DNA of 62,629 nucleotides, filler included, from Albugo candida (Eukaryota): NCBI GenBank assembly GCA_040437565.1. It is 3 parts of 3 records of this genome, joined end to end, with 100 filler letters (N's around TTAATTAATTAA, not from the genome) between each part and the next. Parts side by side here need not be neighbours in the genome. Positions count along the whole stretch, not along the records: positions 47,288 to 62,629 come from JBDOQK010000105.1; 2 more parts are not named here. One strand, 5' to 3'. Shown piece by piece: positions 51,180 to 61,945 of this stretch (position 1 is its first letter; each line of letters starts with the position of its first letter). The notes under the pieces were generated by a model. It saw only the letters and a program-made list of their open reading frames with translations, ran no database searches and was not told where the DNA came from. The position numbers and the translations under genes were made by a program.

Positions 51180-54100
51180 CCAATTCGTACCTCGTTTTAC
51201 ACGTCCCTACCAATCAAATTTCCTACCGACATCCAACATATCGTCATGGGGGACTTTAACGTCCCATTAGACCCTGTCGTCGATATCAGCAAACCGATTC
51301 ATGATCGAAATGATGCCGAGGCATTACTCCAATGGACATTGCACTTGGGACGTATCGATGCTTGGCGTACAACGCATTCTACCAGTAAGGAATACACGGG
51401 TCCTGGTCGCCGTAGTCGAATTGATTACGGCTGCCTGTCATCGGTTCTCTTTCATGATTCCCTTACCAGTATTCGCCACGATCATACATCCAAGTATCAA
51501 CGTGCCGATCATCTTCCGATCATCTTTCGTCTCCAGCATCCCGACTTCCCCAAGCAGTCCATCCTCTCTTGGGAGTGTCCTCCTTGGATATTCAAGGTAC
51601 CGGAAATCGAACACACCCTCAAAGCCTCACTCTACGCATTCAAGTCTCACCTGCGCAATGGACCCTTCGAAAATTCTGGCGCGATTTATGACGAGCATAA
51701 GCGCGATGACTTGCGTTATCTTCGCTACATGTTTCGCCTTATCATGACCAAGCGAACCGAAGAGACCCAGCAAGCTCGATATCGACTCCACACTCTCAAA
51801 CAAGACAAAGCAGCCAATCCTTCCCAGTTCATGATAGGGAGATAGACACGCTTTCCCATCACCTTTCGACATTGGAAGAAGCCAGAAGCAAGTCAAGTGC
51901 ACGGGATCACTTTGATCGAGATAGCAATCGTAGCGGGTGTTCATCAAAGTTCTTCTTTCGACTTCCAACCCCGATACTCCGCCGTGTATGCATTCCATCA
52001 ACACAACGTGCGGATAAAACGCTTACAACAGACACCAGGGGAATAGCTCAAGCTCACGGCAGCTATTGGGCGGACATAATTCAATCCCTTCCAAAGTGTA
52101 TCATCACACCAGTCGTAAGCGCGATGTTACAGCTTTGCCGGATTTACTCGACCACACAACATCATCACTCTCCCCGACCGATCATGCCTACATGGATTCT
52201 CCGTTTACAGCAAACGATTTTTACTGGGCGATCCGATCATCTCAACGTTCCAAAGCACCAGGTTACGACGGACTTCCGATAAAGAACTATCAGCTGTTTT
52301 CTTCCGACTGGGCGCAAGTATTGGAACTCGTTCATTCCTCCCAACTCTCATAGGGCAGAAAGACAAATTCTCAACGCCGTGCTTCCATCACCCTTCTCTA
52401 CAAGAAAGGAGATCGATCACAACCGAGTAACTACCGACCCATCACACTATTGAATCATGACGAGAAACTTGGGCCGAAGATACTATCTCATCGACTCAAA
52501 CGCATCCTACCAAGACTCTTACATCCCGATCAAAATGGTTTCGTCCATGGCCGATCTATCAGACACGCCCTCATTCGATTCCAAGACCTCCAAACACTTT
52601 GTCGACAGAAGTTTCCTTCTTCCGGCGCGGTGCTATTGGACTTCGCGAAAGCTTTCGACAGTTTTTGTGGCCAGCGTTACATCTCGTACTTCGGCACTTT
52701 GGCTTTGGCTCGACTTTCCGTGCATGGATCGACACGTTTTACAAAGATAACCTCATCACCATCATGGTCAATGGTCATGCAAGCCCTTTCTTTCAGTTAG
52801 GCAGTGGAATTCGCAAAGGCGACCCCCTATCACCGTCACTGTTTGTTCTATTCCTAGAGCCAATGTTGGCATATCTTCGCGCTACAACAGGTCATCTTGG
52901 GATACCAGTCCAACATGATTCCGACAAGCATCATCTTCCAGCTTTTGCTGGTGATGTCACTGGTCTTCTTCGTAACATCGATGACACACCAACCTTTCTC
53001 CGGCATGTTCAACACTACGCACAAGCTGCTGGACTTCAACTCAATACTACCAAGACTCAGGTTTTCAGCTTTCGTTCTACTGTCCACCGCTGTCTCACCA
53101 CTACAGAGCCTCCATCCAGACCGATCCTGGAATCAGTTTCATTTCTTGGCGTCCTGCAACATGCCGACCACGCTACTACGCTTCGATTTCCATCCATATT
53201 AACAGCCTTTCATTCAAGAATACTGTTATGGAGGTTTCGAGCGCGTGCGTTGCGGGGCAGAGCAGTACTTCTACGTTCTATCGTGCTTCCACTGTTATGA
53301 TATCCAGCAGCGGTCACCCCAATACCCCCATCCATACTGACCTCAGTTTGGAATCTGTGCGAAGCCTTCCTTTTCCAGCAACCCCTCGACCCCACAAAAG
53401 CCTTACGCGGACCAATGGCAGAAGATTGATTGACGAAGCCAGTATCACACGGTGGATTAGGACTCCCATGCTTCAACAGCTTCTCACGTGCAATGCATCT
53501 CTGCACCTTACGTGATGGCCTTCGGGGTGTGCGACGCTTTTGCCGCCAAGATGGTTTCTTCCAGCAATACAATCAATGACTACGGCACTACAAGATACGT
53601 GTCTAGGACTGGAAATCCTTTACTCGCCGATCCATCTTTCACACGTCCCTCAACCACGATGGCAATCCCTTGGACCGTTTTGGTATTCGACACTACAACA
53701 GTGGTATCGTCTACTTCAAAGCCCAAACAACACCACCTCGCACGACTTTGATGACTTACAGGCACCACCTTGGCGCCATTCCCGAAGGGTTTTCGGTCCT
53801 TCAAAGCGTCCATTGAAGTATGCATCAAGCCATTGTCAATGGATATATCAACACGGTTATCAGCATCTCTCCGACTTCATCGCCTTACATGGTTCACACC
53901 CAGCCTCGGGATTGTCAAAGAGTCTCTTCCCCACCAACACCTTCCATCGGAAACGGGAGCATTCGGCAACCGCGAATGTCTTAGCTAGAGGCTTTGACGC
54001 ACTCGGCCTGCTTCATGACTCCATTTCTCATGGCCCCTTTCTCCCTCAACATATCGCCGCCGCCTTTCCACCCTGGAGTTTCAAGGACAAGCGTTTCACC

Positions 54101-54864
54101 AAGCTTCAGAATGCAGACCTCTATCGCCTCCTTCATGTTCTGCCGAAGAAAGCAATTCCCCCAACAAAGCAATTAAAGTAGTAGCGCCTTCAAACTGGCT
54201 CCAGATGTGGAAGCGGGAGCGTCATCTTGACCGTGATGTACTCCCCATTTATTCCGACCTGAAGTTTCGACTACAACACAACGGTCTACGACTTCGTCAC
54301 AAACATCGGTATCGTACCCTAGATATCAATTACGTCTTTCATTGTCCGGCAGTGGAAACAGCAAAGCACTTGTTTTGGGACTGCCCCACAGCAAATACTG
54401 TTTGGGAGAAAACCCTCCACCCACTTCGCCGATACTTCCAAACACCGCTACAATGGTCTACAGTGGTTTATTGGACCGTTTTGGACCTCTGCACCGAAGC
54501 TTGCCAGAACTTCGGCACACACAACCTTCTCCGGGTAATCAGCGTGATTCGCTTCGTTGTACTCAAGACTCTTTGGACGGAACGAAACAACACCATCTTT
54601 CGGACCAACCCTGCTACAGGCGCTCATGACCCAAAAAACATTGGAATCTCAGTCACTCGTCAAGCGACCTATCAAATCAAAGCCCACCTTCAACGACTTG
54701 GACGTATCGATGCATTAAACACGCGGCTTTTTCAGCTTTGTGCACTCTACATCGACACATGGCAGTCTGCTAGTGTCAACACCCCACAACAACAGCTGCC
54801 TCATCCCCCTCACCAAACTTCTCGCTCTACAGTTATGTCTTTCTCCGCTCAAACTCGTGCTTAG
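51180..54864 (+). pseudogene. LINE copy 1 ORF2 (APE C-half, reverse transcriptase, CCHC zinc finger), frameshifted
   Basis: VMGDFN, IDAWR, SRIDY, ADHLP; KAPGYDG, NYRPITLLNHD, DQNGF, LDFAKAFDS, GIRKGDPLSP, FAGD; C..VETAKHLFWDC. Confidence 0.93.
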
Positions 54865-54960
54865 CACATACTTGAGTGGACAGATTCGTAGGATTGCTCT
54901 CAGTCAAGGGTTGTTTAAGTCAGTAAGATAGATATAGAGTGTAATGAAATCTTTGACAAA

Positions 54961-54976
54961 CCAGACTTGCCCTCCA
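54961..54976 (-). repeat. Target-site duplication: 16 bp of 18S rDNA (CCAGACTTGCCCTCCA)
   Basis: Exact reverse complement of conserved 18S TGGAGGGCAAGTCTGG; separates copy 1 from copy 2. Confidence 0.93.
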
Positions 54977-55124
54977 CTTTTAAATTCGCTCTCTAGTGCG
55001 CAAGTAATATTCAGACCGTACTTTCAAAGAGCCAGTCAGCAAACCCCTCTTCACACCCACTCCGCGGATTTTTCTTCCAGCCTTCCGACCCCCTTTACAA
55101 ACCTTTCCCAGACTTTCCATCTCA

Positions 55125-55640
55125 GAAGCCCGTCTTTACCAGCCTTTCGTCTTTGGAAGCTTTCGACGCTAGCGTTTTTAGCCTTTCCTTCTTCGGAAGA
55201 AATCGGCGCCGGTTTTTCACCAGCCTTTCTTTCTTCAAGAGAAGCAGAAGCTCACAAATACCAGCCTTTCCTTCTTCGAGAGAAGAATCAGTCCTTCTCA
55301 AGAGAAAAACAAGCCCTTCTCTACCAGCCTTTTCTTCCCCGAAAGAAGCATCAGCCCGTCTTTACCAGCCTTTCCTTCTTCGGGAGAAGAATCAGCCCGT
55401 CTATACCTCCCTTTCCTTCTTCGGGAGAAGAATTAGCCAGTCTATACCAGCCTTTCCGTCTTCGAGAGAAGCGAAGTCAGTTTTTACTCGCCTATCCTTC
55501 CTCGGTAGAAGCAGAAGTCCGGCTTTATTAGCCTTTCATTCTTTGGAACAAGCAAAAACCCGGCTTCTTGGCCTTTTCTTCTCTCCATCAGTCAACTTCA
55601 GCCTTTACAAGCCTCTACTCCTTCGGAAGCAGTTGAAGCC
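55125..55640 (+). repeat. Degenerate about 45-55 bp tandem subrepeats in the LINE 5' UTR
   Basis: About 9-10 recurrences of CCAGCCTTTCCTTCTTCG(G/A)GAGAAG..TCAGCCCGTCTTTA. Related units in copy 1 (47665-47870) and copy 3 (62195-62370). Confidence 0.8.
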
Positions 55641-58600
55641 CGCCCTTATGGCTTCCACCAAACCGTAGTCTAATTTCGACACATCATGGCGCAACAAATT
55701 CCGGGAAAATCACCCCCATAAAGTCCGTTATGTCCCAAATGAAGACGTATTTCAAGCTGTTGCAGATGCCGTAGCATCTAACGCATTCGCCTCGACATTC
55801 AAATTGCTGGCCTTACGTGAAGTATCAAAATCTCGCATCGATCCATGCGACAAGATCGAAATGTTCGTTCCGGCCTCAAGATTAACAGCAACATCTCGTC
55901 TGGATGAGATCCTACTCTCTCTAAACCTCGAAGCACAAACGGCCACTTGGACTATGGCCTTGGACTCTTTGAGCAACTTTGTCAGCATCAAAAACAGAGG
56001 AATCAAATTTCGCTGTTTCGACAAAACTGTGGCCCGAAACCTCGGCGGGATTGCAGTGCAATGTATGGGAAAACAGTTTGTGGTTCAACCATGCGTCGCT
56101 TTGGTGACTGGTACTTTGTCGAACTCAACAAAGTGCGAATAGGTCTACCAGACGACTCGATCGTGGAACACTTCCTTCCATTAGACATCCTCTTTATGGT
56201 GACCCCGAGCACCAAGCCAGGCCTCATCGAATCAAGGAATCGGGTAGTTTGGTATCGGTCCAAAACCGCCCCAAAGGGTATCTTTACGAAAACACAACAA
56301 CCTTTACGGGAAATTTACTTTGCTGGTTTCCCTAACCCAGGTTTTCGTGCACCACAAACGTCGTGCGTACAACCAAGTCAATCCACCCACAATATTGGCT
56401 AAGAAATAAGCGATAAAAGATGCTGAAGGATTCAAGCCATCGAAGAACACATTTCGACATATTGACCTTATAGCCACGAACACCCCAGCGGAAGTCAGCT
56501 CTTCCAACAACATCCCTTCTTTGGTATGCCCCACTACCAAGGACTCTTTCGACACTTGGATACAAGTCTCGAAGGACATCAACTGTCGTAATCGACCTCC
56601 CACCCCAGTAGCAGAAGTGATTCCAATCTCATCATGCACAGTCGAGGAAGGATCGTTCTTTGACATCCCGTTTACTTCCACACAATATCAACTCGCCTTC
56701 TCTCCTAATGACGATGATGGTGGGCACGACATTACATGTATCGTCACGGGTCCCAGCGGCGTAGTTCGCAGCCCACTTTACCCCTGCGAGCCAATCGCAC
56801 GTATGTTGGAGGAACAATGCCTCCACAAAGTCCCAAAGAAACTGGTCTCCAAAGGTGCCCGGCGAAAGCCCATCAATGATACCCAAGCCACCTTTATGGG
56901 TCTTGATGACCCCGAAACACGTCTTGCTGCCATTGCAGCACAACCTTCCATTGTGGCTCGTTTTTCTTAGCTCCCAATATCGAAACTCATGCAATGTTCC
57001 GGGACCATGCAATCCTACGGGCTATCAGCTTCGCCCCGAAGAACACTTATGGAGACACTTCCAGTCTGGTTAGTCGACTCCATCATCACTTTGGAGAAAA
57101 CGTATCATCAGAAGACATTCTCTTCGCTACGTTATTCCCTGATGAAGAAACTCAAACACTTGCTTTGGCTCTGGCTATCTTCGACCTTTACCTCCGCTCC
57201 TATGATGCGTCCCTGTATATGGATCCCCTCAGCGTTGGGACTTTAATCCCAGAGCCTCAACCTTCGTTTATCCAACAAAGTCTTTTTACTTTGGGAAGAT
57301 AGCGTCTTTATGGCTTTGGCCGCATCAGAGCTGGGCACATCTCTTCTTACGACCGCACCAAAATTTGTGGACGACGCGTGTGGGTCGCCTTCACTTCACC
57401 TATTCGTGCGCGGAAGACAATATGGCGCAGTCTAGTACTTCTTCCGGCATGGATCTCGCAGAACACTCCGCCTTAGTCGCCTCTACCTCGACATCTTCCC
57501 TTTGCCTCTAAGCAGCCTTGGTCCTTCTCCGGTCTTTCACTCAATGTGAACGGACTGAATCATGTGAACCCGGCTTTTAATCGCAAACTTCTACCTCAAC
57601 ACCAACTTATTTCCCTTTAAGAAACCCGTTTTAGTACTGAAAACAGCAAACACCGCAACACTTACCTCATCAACACCATGGATTCCGGCGCTACTACTTT
57701 TTACTCTCCTATGGACAGTAATCATGGTGTTGATCGTAATGGAGTAGCCTTACTCTTACCATCCAGTCACCCCTTTGGACCCTTGCTCGACATTAGTTCC
57801 CACTATATTCCTACCATCAATCACGGCCGCTATCTCCCGATCGATACCACATTGGATCAACAACGGCTTTGGATTCATGAGGTTAATGCAACGGCACAAC
57901 TAGCAGCAAGAACTTCTTTCTTCGATTCTCTACCAAGCGATATTATGGACGGTATTCAGCACATATTCATAGGGGACTTTAATGTCCCCTTCGATTCAGT
58001 TCTGGATACCTGCACATCTCTCTCTCTCATTCATCATCAGCTACGGCATTACAACAATGGGCTCTACACTTAAGCCTTGTTGATGCTTGGAGAGCAACAT
58101 TCCCCAACATACAAGAGTTTACCGGCCCGAGACGCCGAAATCGCATTGACTACTGCCTCTTGTCGTCCGATCTCTTTACCAACAACTTAGTTCATATCAA
58201 ACATGACCCGGATACTCAATATCATCTAGCGAATCACTTGCCTGTCATTTTTCGATTACAACATGCTTCCTACCCCGTTTGTTTACGCCTACCTTGGAAA
58301 TGCCCCACATGGCTTTTAAAGGTGCCTTACTTCCAAGACGCCCTTAACACTCGACTTTCGCATCTAGCGAATCGACTTCGCTTTGGATAATAGGACAATC
58401 CGGCATCAATTCCACGCAATCAAGACTCACCAGCAACTCCAACTTACACAGTTACGGCGTGACTACCACACTGCCGCTTACCTTGCAGCTCGTGTTCCTA
58501 CGACTTCCAACAAAGCTCACGCACAGCTTTTTCGCACGAAACTTAACGAGGAAGAAACCAGGCGCAAAACACTTGGTTACTGGCACCATTTCAACAATAC

Positions 58601-59040
58601 AATCCGATACAGTGAAAAGCCTTTCTCCGACCCCCTACTCCAGTTTTATGCCAAGTATGCAGTCCATCCACTCAACGTATAAACGGACCTCAAGCCCCTT
58701 CGCCTGATGAATGGATGCGATTCATCGTGATTACTGGGAACAAATCTTTCAATCACTTTCAAAGAAATATATTCCTCCAGTGTTCATAATCGCAGACATG
58801 ACCCAGTTGAGCTTAGCTCTTTTCGATGCACCTTTTACGGCGTACGACTTTTACTGGGCAATCAAGACGTCACTTCGAAACAAAGCTCCCGAATATGATG
58901 GCCATCCAGTCGAGTATTATCAACTTTCCATATCGCCTTGGGCACGAGGCTTTGATTTAATTTACCCCGCACAACTATCCAAAGGAAGAATGACCAAGTT
59001 CCAACGAAGAGCTACAGTTACACTTCTCTATAAGAAGGGT

Positions 59041-59110
59041 TTGTTTAGGGTTCAGGGTTTAGATTAAAAAAACACTTTATTCTTATTTATTTAAAATTTA
59101 CTGAAGCCTT
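59041..59110 (+). other. 70-nt insertion beginning with telomere-like repeats inside the RT of copy 2
   Basis: TTGTTTAGGGTTCAGGGTTTAG plus an AT-rich filler replaces the 12 nt that encode DRSQ in LYKKG-DRSQ-PSNYRP of copy 1. Confidence 0.75.
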
Positions 59111-61929
59111 CCAAGTAACTACCGACCTATTACTCTCCTCAATCATGACGCAAAGCTCGGTCCCAAGATTCTTACTTACCGCCTTCGGAAAGTCCTACCG
59201 AAGCTACTCCACACCGATCAAATGGCTTTGTTCAAGGCAGATCAATTCGACATACACTAGTGCGGTTTCAAGACATCCAACAACTATGCCAGCAACGATT
59301 TCCCAATGCTGGTGCTATCTTATTGGACTTCGCTAAGGCTTTTGACAGTGTGTTGTGGCCTGCTCTTCACACTGTCTTAACCCATTATGGCTTTGTAGCT
59401 ACCGTTTGCTCATGGATCAAGACCTTTTACCAAGATAACCTTTTAGCTATAATGGTGAATGTTCGTGCAAGCAAGTTTTTTCAACTCGGAAGCGGGGTTC
59501 GCCAAGGTGATCCCCTTTCACCTTCGATTTTTGTGCTCTTCCTGGAATCCTTTATGGATTATCTCCGCGCAACGACAGGTCATCTTGGCATACCCGTTCA
59601 ATGTTTATCATTGACTCAACCCCTTACAGCATTTGCGGACGATTGCACTGGTTTTCCAAAGATCTCCGAGACACACCTCACTTTATGGCCAAGGTCAAAG
59701 ATTATGCACAAGCTACTGGGCTCCAACTCAATGCATCCAAAACTCAGTTATTTGGCTTTTAAGTACCTTCTCCGGATTTAATGGATTCCTTGGCATTACT
59801 GCCGCGTCCCTTTTATGCAGTGGTCTCCAAAGCCACATTTCTTGGTCTGGAACAATACCAAGACCTCAACATATCACATCGCTTCCCTTCCGTGCTCAGC
59901 AAACTTCAAGCTCGACTTGTAGCATGGAGATTTCGAGGCAGTACATTGCATGGCCCCGCAGTGATCTTACGATCTATTGTTTTACCTCTTCTCTGGTACC
60001 CTGCGGCAGTTACGCCTCTTCCATCACATATTATCGACTCGGCATGAAAGTTGTGCAGAGCCTTCCTAGATCAACGCCCAACTTCTCTCAACAGTGAAAT
60101 CAAGAGCCCAATGCACTCCAACTGGCTTCCGTTACCAGCAGCATGCGGTGGTTTGGGCCTACCTTGTCCCCGAGGTTCTCCCGGTCAATGCATCTTTGCC
60201 TCCTTAGGGACGGTATCAAGGCTTGTTTAGCCTGTACTCCCCCCTCCTAGTTCCTACCAGAGATTCAGTTAATGACGGAATCACTTGGTCGTACCGGTGT
60301 TGTTTGGACTTACTCTATTCTCCCATCCATCTCTCAGCTATACCGCAACCTCGCTGGTCGTTCCTTGGTCCCATATGGTATTCAACGTTTCAACAATGGT
60401 ATCGTCTCCTCCAAGGACCTTCCAACACTACTACCCATACTACCGATGCATTAAAAGCACCTATATGGCGCCAATACCAGCGTGTGTTTGGACCGAAAGA
60501 GCGCCCCATGGAGCATGCAAGTATTCATATTCGACTGCTTTATCAGCATGGATACCAGCATCCTTCCGACTTTATCGGTCGCTTCGGTTCCTTACCTTTT
60601 CACAAATTCATAAAGCAGTCCTTCCCGTTACAACTTTTCAGCGACAAAGGGATTACATGGCCACCAAGTACTTTGAAACACTCTTTAGAGGCATCCTTAC
60701 AGTACATCGTCCATTCCTCTCTCAGCATATCGCTGCAGCATTTCATCAATGGTCTTTTAAAGACACGACTTTTCCTCGCCTTAGCAACCGAAGACTCTAT
60801 CGCATGCTGCACCAACTTCCGAAAATAGTGGTGCCTCCTGATAAAGACTTGGAAGTTACACCGCCAACACAGTAGAATACTATGTGGAAGTTGAACAAAC
60901 CCTCAATAAGGATGCTCTTCCAGTGTTTGCTGACCTTAAGTTCCGCCTACAACACAATGGCTTACGTCTCCGCGTCAGATATCGATATCATACCTCTGAT
61001 GTCTTTTGCTCCCATGGCTGTAATTCCCCCGAAACGGCCAAACACTTGTTCTGGGAGTGCTCAATGGCTACAAACTTATGGATTCATTCTCTCTTCCCCA
61101 TATTTGGCTGTCTAGAAGAAATCCTCACGTGCGAAACCGTAGTCTACGGCACCAACTTTGCCATTACAACATCAGCTACCAGGACTTATGGTACTCACAA
61201 TATCATTCGTGTTCTTAACGTTTTTCGCTGTATCATACTCAGAACATTATGGCTTGCGCGCAATGTAGCTATCGTTCAGCACCAGGAAGCATACCCTACG
61301 CAGCTTTATCGTATGGTGCGTGGCTACCTTCTGGATCATATTCGGCGCTTGAAGCACGCATCACCTACAAACGCTCAGCTTATGGCATTATGTGACGTTT
61401 GTCTATAACGAAATTTCACTAAGTCCGTTCATCACTGCGTTCTTCCTATGCATTATCTACACTCGACTCCTGAGTTGATGGAATTAACTTCAACGCTTCT
61501 TTTTTACCAAGTTTTTGGTCACTACATACTATGGTACGGCATTCCTTCCTACTTCCCTACAATTTTGCTCAAGTATGGACTTCTGCGTCACTTGGCCTTC
61601 ACAACTTTCACCAAGTCTTTCCATCCTTGCTTCAATCACTACCAACTTACACGCTCAAACTTTGGCCTTAAGCGAAGCATATCTTCGGACATCCTTCACC
61701 GTGGCCTTTTCATCATTGCGGCGCATTCTGTACCACTTCGTCTCATCAACTTTGAGATCATCAAACTTGGATTGACTATGTGGACCACTCTACTGTTTTC
61801 CTTTTGTCATAAGAGACAACTATATGCGACAGTAAAAGCTCCAACATACTTGTATGCTGGAGGTATGCACTTCCCAACCTTATTTGTTACACCTTAGTTA
61901 GATTAAACAGTGTAATGAGATTTAACAAA

Positions 61930-61945
61930 CCAGACTTGCCCTCCA
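61930..61945 (-). repeat. Target-site duplication: 16 bp of 18S rDNA (CCAGACTTGCCCTCCA)
   Basis: Exact match to 54961-54976; separates copy 2 from copy 3. Confidence 0.93.

Larger units (their letters stand above)
47418..54960 (+). mobile_element. L1/Tx1-type non-LTR retrotransposon, copy 1 (lineage A), inserted in 18S rDNA; decayed, with 49520-51180 replaced by foreign DNA
   Basis: Flanked by the 18S target 16-mer (47402-47417 and 54961-54976). Has a 5' UTR, ORF1 from ATG 47928, and ORF2 with APE, RT and CCHC motifs. Confidence 0.95.
54977..61929 (+). mobile_element. L1/Tx1-type non-LTR retrotransposon, copy 2 (lineage B), near full-length, decayed
   Basis: Same conserved 5' terminus. ORF1 from ATG 55648 to about 57510. 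ORF2 about 57510-61408 with SLNVNGL, ETRF, IGDFN, RIDY, NYRPITLLNHD, LDFAKAFDS, GVRQGDPLSP, FADD and CSHGCNSPETAKHLFWEC. 3' end GTGTAATGAGATTTAACAAA. Confidence 0.95.

Noticed and set aside
54944-55668. 195-aa and 171-aa ORFs in the LINE 5' UTR, and the 47757 extension of ORF1
   Set aside because: Low-complexity products of the pyrimidine-rich subrepeats, not conserved between copies; homology starts at ATG 47928, 55648 and 62425.
59039-59106. GT...AG bounded insertion as a spliceosomal intron in the LINE RT
   Set aside because: Splicing at these sites does not restore the LYKKG...PSNYRP frame, and 12 native nt are missing.
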